DNA from: Candidatus Micrarchaeum sp.
GTDB lineage: Archaea; Micrarchaeota; Micrarchaeia; Micrarchaeales; Micrarchaeaceae
Assembly (NCBI RefSeq): GCF_016806735.1
Contig: NZ_CP060530.1
Coordinates: 210,001 to 242,000, forward strand
Direction of reading: 5' to 3'
DNA: 32,000 nucleotides
The first letter of the stretch is position 1. Each line of letters opens with the position of its first letter. The notes beneath the pieces are model-generated. The model made no database searches, was not told where the DNA came from, and saw only the letters and a program-made list of their open reading frames with translations. The position numbers and the translations under genes were made by a program. Shown here one piece after another: positions 1-6,791 of the stretch.

Positions 1-265
1 CAATCGGCGTGTCTTTGTCTATGATTCCAAGCTTTACGAGCCTGGTCTTAAGCGCTTGCTCGACGTTTCCCGTGCCAGTGGCTCCGGAAAGAAGAAGCCT
101 TACGTTGCCTCGTATCCTGCTAAGCTCGCTCTGCACCTTCCACAGCTCGCTCATGTTTTTGAGGCCGTATTCCTTTATCAATGCGTTGTCAGCGTTTATC
201 CTTGCCAAGTTCCATATGTCCTTTGGCTTGTCAAATTTTTTCCTGTTTCTTTTAGGTGCTCCCAA
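1..265 (-). CDS. rps4: 30S ribosomal protein S4 (uS4), N-terminal part; gene continues past the left edge of the window
   Basis: Not in the ORF track because it is truncated. Manual translation of the minus strand from TTG at 265-263 gives (M)GAPKRNRKKFDKPKDIWNLARINADNALIKEYGLKNMSELWKVQSELSRIRGNVRLLLSG..., matching the conserved uS4 N-terminus (basic KK..P..W block, YGL.N..ELW). It lies directly downstream of S13, as in the archaeal S13-S4-S11 operon. Confidence 0.8.
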   Translation of the reverse strand, partial: MGAPKRNRKKFDKPKDIWNLARINADNALIKEYGLKNMSELWKVQSELSRIRGNVRLLLSGATGTGNVEQALKTRLVKLGIIDKDTPI

Positions 266-277
266 GCAATCACTTTA

Positions 278-832
278 TCATTTCTTGTCGGATTTCGCCG
301 CAGGCGCTCCGGGCTTTACCGCCTGCTTCTTCGTGACTCCCATAGTGGCTCCGGTCCTTCCGGTTGACCTTGTGTGCTGTCCGCGCACCTTCTGTCCGTA
401 CTGGTGCCTTGCGCCCCTCCACGTCCTAAGCGTAACGTCCCTTGAGACGTCCTGCCTGTTGGCGAAGATCAGGTCGTTGCCTACTACGTGCACGTCTTTT
501 CCTGTTTCGAAATCCTTGTTTCTGTTAAGCATAAATCTTGGTATCCCGTACTTTTGCGGGTCCTTTATGAGCGCTTCAAGCTTTGCTATGTTCTCCTCGC
601 TGAGCGAGCCTATCTCGTCCTTGGGGTCTATTTCAAGCTTGTTTTCCAGGGCGTAGCTCATGGCTCTTGCCATGTCCCTGCCTATGCCTTTGACAGAGTC
701 TATGGCCCTTTCAACGCTTAAGCTGCCGTTGACGTCCTTTCCCGAAATTCTTATTACAGAGGTCAGCCTAGCGGAAGACTCTTTTCTTCCGTGCTGCTTT
801 TCATTGCTTTGAGTATTTTTTTCTTCAGCCAT
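278..832 (-). CDS. rps13: 30S ribosomal protein S13 (uS13)
   Basis: The translation VIRISGKDVNGSLSVERAIDSVKGIGRDMARAM...RTWRGARHQYGQKVRGQHTRSTGR is typical uS13. I place the start at ATG 832 (MAEEKN...), not at 868, because 845-959 is a tRNA. GGTG sits 5 nt upstream of ATG 832. Confidence 0.93.
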   Translation of the reverse strand: MAEEKNTQSNEKQHGRKESSARLTSVIRISGKDVNGSLSVERAIDSVKGIGRDMARAMSYALENKLEIDPKDEIGSLSEENIAKLEALIKDPQKYGIPRFMLNRNKDFETGKDVHVVGNDLIFANRQDVSRDVTLRTWRGARHQYGQKVRGQHTRSTGRTGATMGVTKKQAVKPGAPAAKSDKK

Positions 833-844
833 TTGAACACCAAA

Positions 845-959
845 CGCCAGGGCTGGGATATTCAGCATAGAGCATTTGAACCCAGAAGGCTCGAGGAGCC
901 ATACGCTTGCAGGTATTTAACTTCCAGGCGTACGCGTTACCAGTTTCCGCCACCCTGGC
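845..959 (-). tRNA. tRNA-Ser (anticodon GGA), 115 nt, with two putative introns (37/38 and T-loop 59/60)
   Basis: Hand fold of the reverse complement. Acceptor stem GCCAGGG/CCCTGGC with discriminator G. D arm GCG-GAAACTGGTAA-CGC. Anticodon stem TACGC/GCGTA with loop CT-GGA-A. A 14-nt insert lies at 908-921. Long variable arm GGCTC-CTC-GAGCC (class II). T stem CTGGG/CCCAG, with T loop TTCAA..T interrupted by a 16-nt insert at 859-874. The mature length would be 85 nt. Confidence 0.85.
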
Positions 960-982
960 ATTCAAGCTATAATTCTAATGCG

Positions 983-994
983 TTAATAATTTAA
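983..994 (-). promoter_or_regulatory. Candidate TATA box for the tRNA-Ser / S13 transcription unit
   Basis: The minus strand reads TTAAATTATTAA, centred about 29 nt upstream of the tRNA 5' end at 959. That is appropriate spacing for an archaeal TATA box. Confidence 0.4.
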
Positions 995-1186
995 CCTTTG
1001 CTTTTTCCTCATGCTGAAAATATGCCTATTTCCCTTTTGCTTTGCACCTATATTTTTGATGGAAGCTTTTTATAACCTTTCATAAACTCGTGATTATCGG
1101 CCCATCAGCACTATGGCATTGCTTTCGCATTTCCAGAAAAAGAGCCCACAGCACAATGATTCACCGCCAAAAATATTCTGATAAAA

Positions 1187-1339
1187 TTATTGCCTCTTTT
1201 CCGTTCCATCAGCCCAGATAAACTCGTAAACGTTGGAGTTCCCCTTTATCATTGCAACTGGCCTTGCGTTTATGGCGTACATTTCCAAGAATCTTTCAAG
1301 CTTCCTGTGCTTCATAATTTTGAATAGGTTAGTATTCAT
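1187..1339 (-). CDS. Small hypothetical protein (50 aa)
   Basis: Below the ORF-track length cutoff; found manually. Sequence: MNTNLFKIMKHRKLERFLEMYAINARPVAMIKGNSNVYEFIWADGTEKRQ*. It has the same orientation as the flanking lysS and tRNA-Ser. I recognise no family. Confidence 0.3.
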   Translation of the reverse strand: MNTNLFKIMKHRKLERFLEMYAINARPVAMIKGNSNVYEFIWADGTEKRQ

Positions 1340-1400
1340 AATTCTACCAATCCTTCAATTATGCTAAAATTCATCCTGCCCTGAGAAAATACTGGAAATC

Positions 1401-2855
1401 TCACTCATTTTTATCCTGAGGCAGCGGCCTCACTGCAGGGAACGGGAGCACCTCCTTTATAGATACGTTGTCCGTGAGTATCATTGCCAGCCTGTCTATC
1501 GCAATGCCAAGGCCCGCTGTAGGTGGCATGCCGTACTCTATCGCTTCAAGGAAATCCTCGTCGCTAGGCGGCGCTTCCGAATCGCCCTTCCTTCTTTCGG
1601 CATCCTGCTCCTCAAACTTCTTCCTCTGCTCTATCGGGTCGGTTAGCTCGGAATAGCAGTTGGCATCCTCCTTGCCCGCCAGGTAAAGCTCAAACCTCTC
1701 GCTAAGCTTCGGGTTGCCGCGCTTGTCCTTAGTGAGCGGGCACATATAAGCAGGGAAATCAAGCACGAAAGCAGGGTCGAAAAGCTCCGGCTTTATGTAT
1801 TTGTCGAAAAGCGCATCTGCAACATGGTACGCGTTGACTATGCCTATCTCAAGCTTCTCCTTCTTGGCTATCTCTTTTGCATCCTCATCCGTGAGATCCG
1901 CAAGGTCTATGCCTGTTTTCTTCTTTATCTCTTCTACCCAGTAAACCCTCTTGAACGGCGGTTCGAAGTTCAGCTCTTTGCCCTGGTACTTGACCTTGTA
2001 CGTGCCGAACAGCTCCTTGGCAAGAGTTGAAAGCATTTCCTCGGTCATATCCATAAAGTCGTTGTAGTCCTTGTAAGCCTCGTAAAACTCTATCTGCGTG
2101 AACTCTGGGTTGTGCGTGGAGTCTATGTCCTCGTTCCTGAAGTCCTTCGATACCTCGTATACCTTCTCGAAGCCGCCTATTATGAGCCTCTTAAGGTACA
2201 GCTCGTCCGATATCCTAAGGTAAAACTCGCTTTCTAGAGCGTTGTACCTGGTCTTGAAAGGCTCTGCGTTTGCGCCGCCGTAAGTAGGCTGAAGTATCGG
2301 CGTTTCGAATTCTACATAGCCTCTGCTGTCAAGGAAGTTCCTCAGAAAGCTCAATATCCTTGCCCTTGTAGTGAAGAAATTCCTTACTTCTGGATTTGCA
2401 ACGAGGTCCAGGTATCTTTTCCTATACCTTATCTCTGTATCATTCAACCCGTGGAACTTTTCCGGCAGCTGGCGCAGCGATTTTCCAAGCATTGATATGC
2501 TCTTTGCCTCTATGCTTATCTCGCCCCTCTTGGTCTTGTTCACCTTGCCCTCTATGCCTAGCATGTCTCCGGAATCTATGGACTCAAGGAGGTCGAATGA
2601 CTTCTTTTCGGTTACGTTCGCGGCTGCGAGCACCTGTATCTTGCCGCTTTGGTCAAGCAGGTCTATGAAGTAAAGCTGCCCCATATGCCTAATGCTCAAG
2701 GCTCTTCCAGCAACGCTTGTATCCTTGCCCTCCCATTTATCATAATCGTTCTTTATCTCCTCCGCATGGGCCTTCTGCTTGAAGGAATACGGGTATGGAT
2801 TTATCCCCTGCTCCTGCAGTTTTTTCAATTTTTCGAGCTTAAAATCGTCTACCAT
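1401..2855 (-). CDS. lysS: Lysyl-tRNA synthetase, class II
   Basis: 484 aa. It has an N-terminal OB anticodon-binding region (VAGRALSIRHMGQLYFIDLLDQSGKIQV). Class II motifs are present: RYRKRYLDL, FETPILQP..GGANAEPF, YLRISDELYLKRLIIGGFEKVYEVSKDFRNEDIDSTHNPEFTQIEFYEAY, FELYLAGKEDANCYSELTDP and EYGMPPTAGLGIAIDRL. Confidence 0.92.
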   Translation of the reverse strand: MVDDFKLEKLKKLQEQGINPYPYSFKQKAHAEEIKNDYDKWEGKDTSVAGRALSIRHMGQLYFIDLLDQSGKIQVLAAANVTEKKSFDLLESIDSGDMLGIEGKVNKTKRGEISIEAKSISMLGKSLRQLPEKFHGLNDTEIRYRKRYLDLVANPEVRNFFTTRARILSFLRNFLDSRGYVEFETPILQPTYGGANAEPFKTRYNALESEFYLRISDELYLKRLIIGGFEKVYEVSKDFRNEDIDSTHNPEFTQIEFYEAYKDYNDFMDMTEEMLSTLAKELFGTYKVKYQGKELNFEPPFKRVYWVEEIKKKTGIDLADLTDEDAKEIAKKEKLEIGIVNAYHVADALFDKYIKPELFDPAFVLDFPAYMCPLTKDKRGNPKLSERFELYLAGKEDANCYSELTDPIEQRKKFEEQDAERRKGDSEAPPSDEDFLEAIEYGMPPTAGLGIAIDRLAMILTDNVSIKEVLPFPAVRPLPQDKNE

Positions 2856-2991
2856 CTAACCACTTGAAAATGCAATAAAGATGGCTATGTTAAATTATTA
2901 TTGATTTTGTGCCGTCTCCAAAGTTTATCGTGCTACAAAATCAGCCGCAAAACAAATATTATTTTTAACCGCGCATAAGCATTGTGATTGA

Positions 2992-3804
2992 ATGGAACTT
3001 AAGACGGAAGAGCTGAAATACAAGACCGCAGACAACGACGAAATAAGCGCATTTCTTGCTATTCCCGAAGACAACGCCAAGCACCCCGGCATAGTCCTGA
3101 TACACGAGATATTCGGCTTGGACGATCATATAAGGGACGTGGCAAAAAGGCTTTCCACTCAGGGCTACGTTGTCCTTGCGCCAGACCTTTTCACGAGCAA
3201 CAAGCTTTCGCAGACTATAACAAAAGATGGCATAATGAAGACAATGAACTTTATAATGTCGATACCTCCTGAAAAGCAGAGGGACGAGGCATACAGGGCA
3301 GAGCAGATGGCAAAGATGAGCCCGGAGGACCAAAAGGCAATATCTGGAGTTTACCAGACGCTTTTCATGAACAGGCCCACGGAGCTTTTGACGCAGTACC
3401 TATCCAGCGCAGTGGATTTCCTCAACCAGCATCCGAGCGTCAACGGAAAGATAGGCAGCATAGGATTCTGTTTCGGAGGAGGAATGTCCATAAGCCTGGG
3501 CTGCACCGGCAAGGTTGATGCCGTTGTAATATTCTACGGCGAAAATCCAGAGCCGGTAGAGAAGGCAAAAAACGTCAAGAATGCGGTGCTTGGAATATAC
3601 GCTGCTAACGACACCCGCATAACCTCAAGCGTGCACGAGCTTGTCAAGGTCCTGGCAGAAGCGAAGAAGCCAACCACTATAAAAGTATATCCAAACGCCT
3701 ATCATGCATTCTTCAACGACACAAGGCCGCAGATATACAACGAGAAGGCAGCCAAGGACGCCTGGCGCATGGTCATAGACTTCTTCAAGGACAATCTGCA
3801 GTGA
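2992..3804 (+). CDS. Dienelactone hydrolase family protein (alpha/beta hydrolase)
   Basis: 270 aa. HPGIVLIHEIFGLDDHIRDVAKRLSTQGYVVLAPDLF and the nucleophile elbow GFCFGGG (Cys nucleophile) are typical of the DLH family. A C-terminal YPNAYHAF provides the catalytic His region. Confidence 0.8.
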   Translation: MELKTEELKYKTADNDEISAFLAIPEDNAKHPGIVLIHEIFGLDDHIRDVAKRLSTQGYVVLAPDLFTSNKLSQTITKDGIMKTMNFIMSIPPEKQRDEAYRAEQMAKMSPEDQKAISGVYQTLFMNRPTELLTQYLSSAVDFLNQHPSVNGKIGSIGFCFGGGMSISLGCTGKVDAVVIFYGENPEPVEKAKNVKNAVLGIYAANDTRITSSVHELVKVLAEAKKPTTIKVYPNAYHAFFNDTRPQIYNEKAAKDAWRMVIDFFKDNLQ

Positions 3805-4024
3805 GCTTATCTCCTGCTATCTTTGACAAAAGCCCGCAGGCCACTAAATTGGCCGCGCATAGTTCAGCAGACCTACGCATCGCATGAATCTCAAACTTGG
3901 TTTATTATCTTGCTTTTAAAGAAGCCACAAATACCAAAAAATTTATAAACATTGAGAACGTAACTTTCTTGCTTAATATACTGCTTTTCCCGCAGTTACT
4001 GCAGCTTTGCAGGAGGGAGCTTAA

Positions 4025-4657
4025 ATGGAACAAGAGCAATTTGAAAAGCTAAGGGCTTTGATAGAAGAGAACAAAGGAAAGAGAAAGTTCAAGCAGAGCG
4101 TCGAGCTCGCGGTAAACTTCAAGGGTGTCGACTTCTCCAAGCAGGAGAACAGATTGAACCTTCAGGTGCTGCTTCCGAACGGAAAGGGCAAGCAGAGCGA
4201 AGTGCTAGTGTTCGCTGATGACAGCAACATAAGCGCCAAGGCCAAGGAGCTAGGAGCACGCGTGATATCCGGAAGCGAGATACAGGGGGTTGCATCCGAC
4301 AAGGCTCAGCTCAATTCGCTTCTCAATTACGAAATGATTGCGCAGCCAAGCCTGATGACTTCTGTGGCAAGAAGCATGGGTTCTTTTCTAGGTCCAAAGA
4401 ACAAGATGCCAAAGCCATTGATAGGCACAGATGTTGCATCAATGATAAACTCGGTCAGCAAGTCCGTTTACTTGAGGAGCAAGGGCAAATACCTGCCGAC
4501 AGTGCACTGCATGGTCGGAAAGGAGGACATGCCACTTGAAAAGATATCAGCAAACATAGACGAAGTGATAAATTCCCTTGCAAAGAAGCTTGGGAAGCAG
4601 AACATAAAGTCGGCTTACGTCAAGCTCACGATGAGCTCCCCTGTAAAAATCCTTTAA
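4025..4657 (+). CDS. rpl1: 50S ribosomal protein L1 (uL1)
   Basis: 210 aa. KFKQSVELAVNFKGVDFSKQENRLNLQVLLPNGKGK matches uL1. GGAGGG lies 7 nt upstream of the ATG. The gene is first in the L1-P0-P1 order. Confidence 0.93.
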   Translation: MEQEQFEKLRALIEENKGKRKFKQSVELAVNFKGVDFSKQENRLNLQVLLPNGKGKQSEVLVFADDSNISAKAKELGARVISGSEIQGVASDKAQLNSLLNYEMIAQPSLMTSVARSMGSFLGPKNKMPKPLIGTDVASMINSVSKSVYLRSKGKYLPTVHCMVGKEDMPLEKISANIDEVINSLAKKLGKQNIKSAYVKLTMSSPVKIL

Positions 4658-4666
4658 GGTGTTTGA

Positions 4667-5500
4667 ATGCTTACATTGGAACAAAAAAAGAAATTCGTTG
4701 AAGAGCACATAAAGCTCATTGACAGCTACAAGCTCATAGGCATAGTGCCGCTCAGCGGCATACCGGACAGATTGCTACAGTCGTCAAGGAACAACATGCG
4801 CTCTGAAGTAAAGTTCATAACGGGAAAGAAGTCGCTGCTGGTGAGGGTCCTGGAAGGCAGCAAGAACGGAAAGGAGCTCGCAAAGATGCTCGACGGCACA
4901 ACCGCAATACTGCTAAGCAATTCAAATCCGTTCGAGATTTACAACAGGTTTGCATCAAGCTCAATAAAGCTGGCGGCCAAGCCAAACCAGATAGCCCCAG
5001 CAGACATAGAAATAAAGGGCGGGGAAACCACCCTGCAGCCTGGCCAAGCGGTTACAGAGCTCAAGAGCGCAGGCATAGATGTCAAGATTGACAAGGGAAA
5101 GGTCGTAATATCAAAGGACAAGGTCATAGTGCCCAAGGGCGGAGCCATAAGCCTTGCGGTTGCAAAGGCCCTGCACACTCTGGACATAATGCCATTCAAG
5201 GCGAGCATAGAGCCAAGCCTTATGCTCAGCGGTGGGCTCAGGTATACGAAGGACGTTTTCAGCATAAACGCGGAGAGCGTGTCAAAGGACATAGCAAAGG
5301 CATTTTCGAGCGCGCTTGCAATCAGCTACAAAGGGAAGATGGTCAACAGGTACACGATAGAGCGCTTCATAGCCAACGCGTACAACGAGGCCATGGCACT
5401 TGGCGTAGAGGGCAAGGTGCCCGATACCGGCATAATGGAGAAGCTTGTAGAGATGGCTTCCCTGCATGCCAAGGCTCTCGACGGCAACGTCAAGGAATAA
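4667..5500 (+). CDS. rplP0: 50S ribosomal stalk protein P0 (uL10), short form without C-terminal acidic tail
   Basis: 277 aa. It sits between L1 and P1, with AGGTG upstream. The uL10 N-domain and the inserted domain II (IEIKGGETTLQPGQAVTELKSAGIDVKIDKGKVVI) are recognisable. The protein ends ...LHAKALDGNVKE* with no hinge or tail. Confidence 0.88.
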   Translation: MLTLEQKKKFVEEHIKLIDSYKLIGIVPLSGIPDRLLQSSRNNMRSEVKFITGKKSLLVRVLEGSKNGKELAKMLDGTTAILLSNSNPFEIYNRFASSSIKLAAKPNQIAPADIEIKGGETTLQPGQAVTELKSAGIDVKIDKGKVVISKDKVIVPKGGAISLAVAKALHTLDIMPFKASIEPSLMLSGGLRYTKDVFSINAESVSKDIAKAFSSALAISYKGKMVNRYTIERFIANAYNEAMALGVEGKVPDTGIMEKLVEMASLHAKALDGNVKE

Positions 5501-5550
5501 ATAATATATGGTGTAAAAAAGATTTGCGCTAATGATAAACGGTGAAAAGT

Positions 5551-5853
5551 ATGGAATATGTATATGCGGCACTGCTGCTTGACGCAGCTGGAAAGGAAGT
5601 GAACGAGAAGGAGCTTATGGACGTAGTCAAGGCTGCGGGATTTTCGCCAGACGAGGCAAAGGCCAAAGCTGTAGTCGAATCCCTTAAGGGGCTCAACATA
5701 AAGGACATAATAAAGAACGCTCAAAGCATGCAAGTGGCAGCACCGGCAGCGGCACCTGCGTCAGCTGCACCTGCAAAGGAGAAGAAGGAAGCAGCAAAGG
5801 AGGAAAAGAAAGAAGAGGAAGCTGCAAGCGGACTCGCGGGACTTTTCGGCTGA
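5551..5853 (+). CDS. rpl12: 50S ribosomal stalk protein P1 (aP1 / L12e)
   Basis: [22 protein letters not shown]... followed by an Ala-rich hinge, a KEE-rich stretch and the conserved tail [10 protein letters not shown] prefer ATG 5551 (GGTGA 5 nt upstream) over the track start at 5542. Confidence 0.93.
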   Translation: MEYVYAALLLDAAGKEVNEKELMDVVKAAGFSPDEAKAKAVVESLKGLNIKDIIKNAQSMQVAAPAAAPASAAPAKEKKEAAKEEKKEEEAASGLAGLFG

Positions 5854-5858
5854 TTTTC

Positions 5859-6749
5859 TCAACCGAAATAATCCAGCATATTGCGCTGGCCTGATGCCTG
5901 CGCAATTTCATTCTTTTTTTCTTCTGTAGGCGCCGTTTCCGCGGCGATCTTTTTTGCCTCTTTTTCATTTTCAACGGCACTTGCAGAGTCGGGTTTCTCC
6001 TTAAATTCTGTGTCTATCCTCGCACCTGCAATCTTAAGCTCTTTTCTTAATGACCTGTATTCAGGGATGTATTTTGCAACTGTTTTCCAGAACCTTTTCG
6101 AGTGCGACCTTACTTTCGTGTGCGAAAGCTCGTGCACCACAACGTAATCAAGGAATTTTCTGTCAAGGAAAAGAAGCCTTAGGTTTATCGATATGTTGTT
6201 TTTGGGCGAGCATGACCCCCATATCGTAAGGCCCCTGCTTATGCTTATTCTTCCAAGCTCGCTTCCGAACTTTCGGTTCCATTCTCTTACATAGCTATCA
6301 ACATAGCTTTTGTAGTGCTTTGCCAGCGCCCTCGAAACTAGATCCGATACATTCCTGCTGCTGTCTCTTCCAAGCTTTACTGAAACCATGCCGTTTCCGA
6401 TCGCTACGCGTGAGTGCACAAGGCCGGATTCACGTACCGATATTGCAAGCCTTTCAGATAAAGGTGCAATAATCTCCCCATCCCTAAATTCAAGCTGGCT
6501 GTTCCCGAGAAAGCTGCCAGGCTTTTTTCTTACCGCATTCGATATCTTTCCGTATAGCTCGTCTATAATCCTGAGCTTTCTTTTCCTGCTGCATTTCTGC
6601 GGTACCCTTATCATTACTTTGCCGTTTCTTATCGACGCGTAGCCGTTCTTGAGCCTAGCTTCTACTATCTCAACTTCCAATTTTTTGCCGTAAAATTCTA
6701 TAGGCTCCAAGCGTTTTGCATATTCGGATGGAGATGGGATGCCAAGCAT
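5859..6749 (-). CDS. YgjP/DUF45-family HExxH zinc metallopeptidase-like protein with a C-terminal PIP-box tail
   Basis: 296 aa. WGSCSPKNNISINLRLLFLDRKFLDYVVVHELSHTKVRSHSKRFWKTVAKYIPEYRSLRKELK is the YgjP-like (M48/DUF45) core with its HExxH. It is followed by a K/E/A-rich tail ending QRNMLDYFG*. Confidence 0.85.
   Translation of the reverse strand: MLGIPSPSEYAKRLEPIEFYGKKLEVEIVEARLKNGYASIRNGKVMIRVPQKCSRKRKLRIIDELYGKISNAVRKKPGSFLGNSQLEFRDGEIIAPLSERLAISVRESGLVHSRVAIGNGMVSVKLGRDSSRNVSDLVSRALAKHYKSYVDSYVREWNRKFGSELGRISISRGLTIWGSCSPKNNISINLRLLFLDRKFLDYVVVHELSHTKVRSHSKRFWKTVAKYIPEYRSLRKELKIAGARIDTEFKEKPDSASAVENEKEAKKIAAETAPTEEKKNEIAQASGQRNMLDYFG
5865..5888 (-). other. PIP-box-like motif QRNMLDYF at the C-terminus of the DUF45 metallopeptidase
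   Basis: The codons read directly as Q-R-N-M-L-D-Y-F, then G and stop. This fits Qxx[LIVM]xx[FY][FY]. Confidence 0.6.
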
Positions 6750-6791
6750 AATGCTTATTGCATTCTAACTTTTTTATACCTGAGCGATTTT

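Noticed and set aside
9-656. A 215-aa plus-strand ORF at the left edge.
   Set aside because: It is antisense to clearly recognisable S4 and S13 coding sequence, and its translation is low complexity.
833-868. The N-terminal extension of the S13 ORF (track start at 868, MLNIPALAFGVQ...).
   Set aside because: It overlaps the 3' half of the tRNA-Ser gene (845-959). ATG 832 has a GGTG motif upstream and gives a sensible N-terminus.
1050-1185. A possible C/D-box sRNA (GTGATTA, ATGATTC and CTGA elements).
   Set aside because: The boxes are imperfect, and their spacing does not fit a C-D'-C'-D layout with ~12-nt guides.
3851-3890. A tRNA-like fragment (GCGCATAGTTCAGCAG...) in the DLH/L1 spacer.
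   Set aside because: No acceptor stem, T arm (GTTCRA) or consistent cloverleaf can be built on either strand. The nearby GGCCA-CTAAAT-TGGCC hairpin (3839-3854) is just a short stem after the DLH stop.
3960-4024. A possible L1 autoregulatory mRNA mimic of the 23S rRNA L1-binding site, upstream of rpl1.
   Set aside because: I cannot build a convincing helix/loop mimic by eye. Only a TATA-like box (AAATTTATAAAC) and an SD are supportable.
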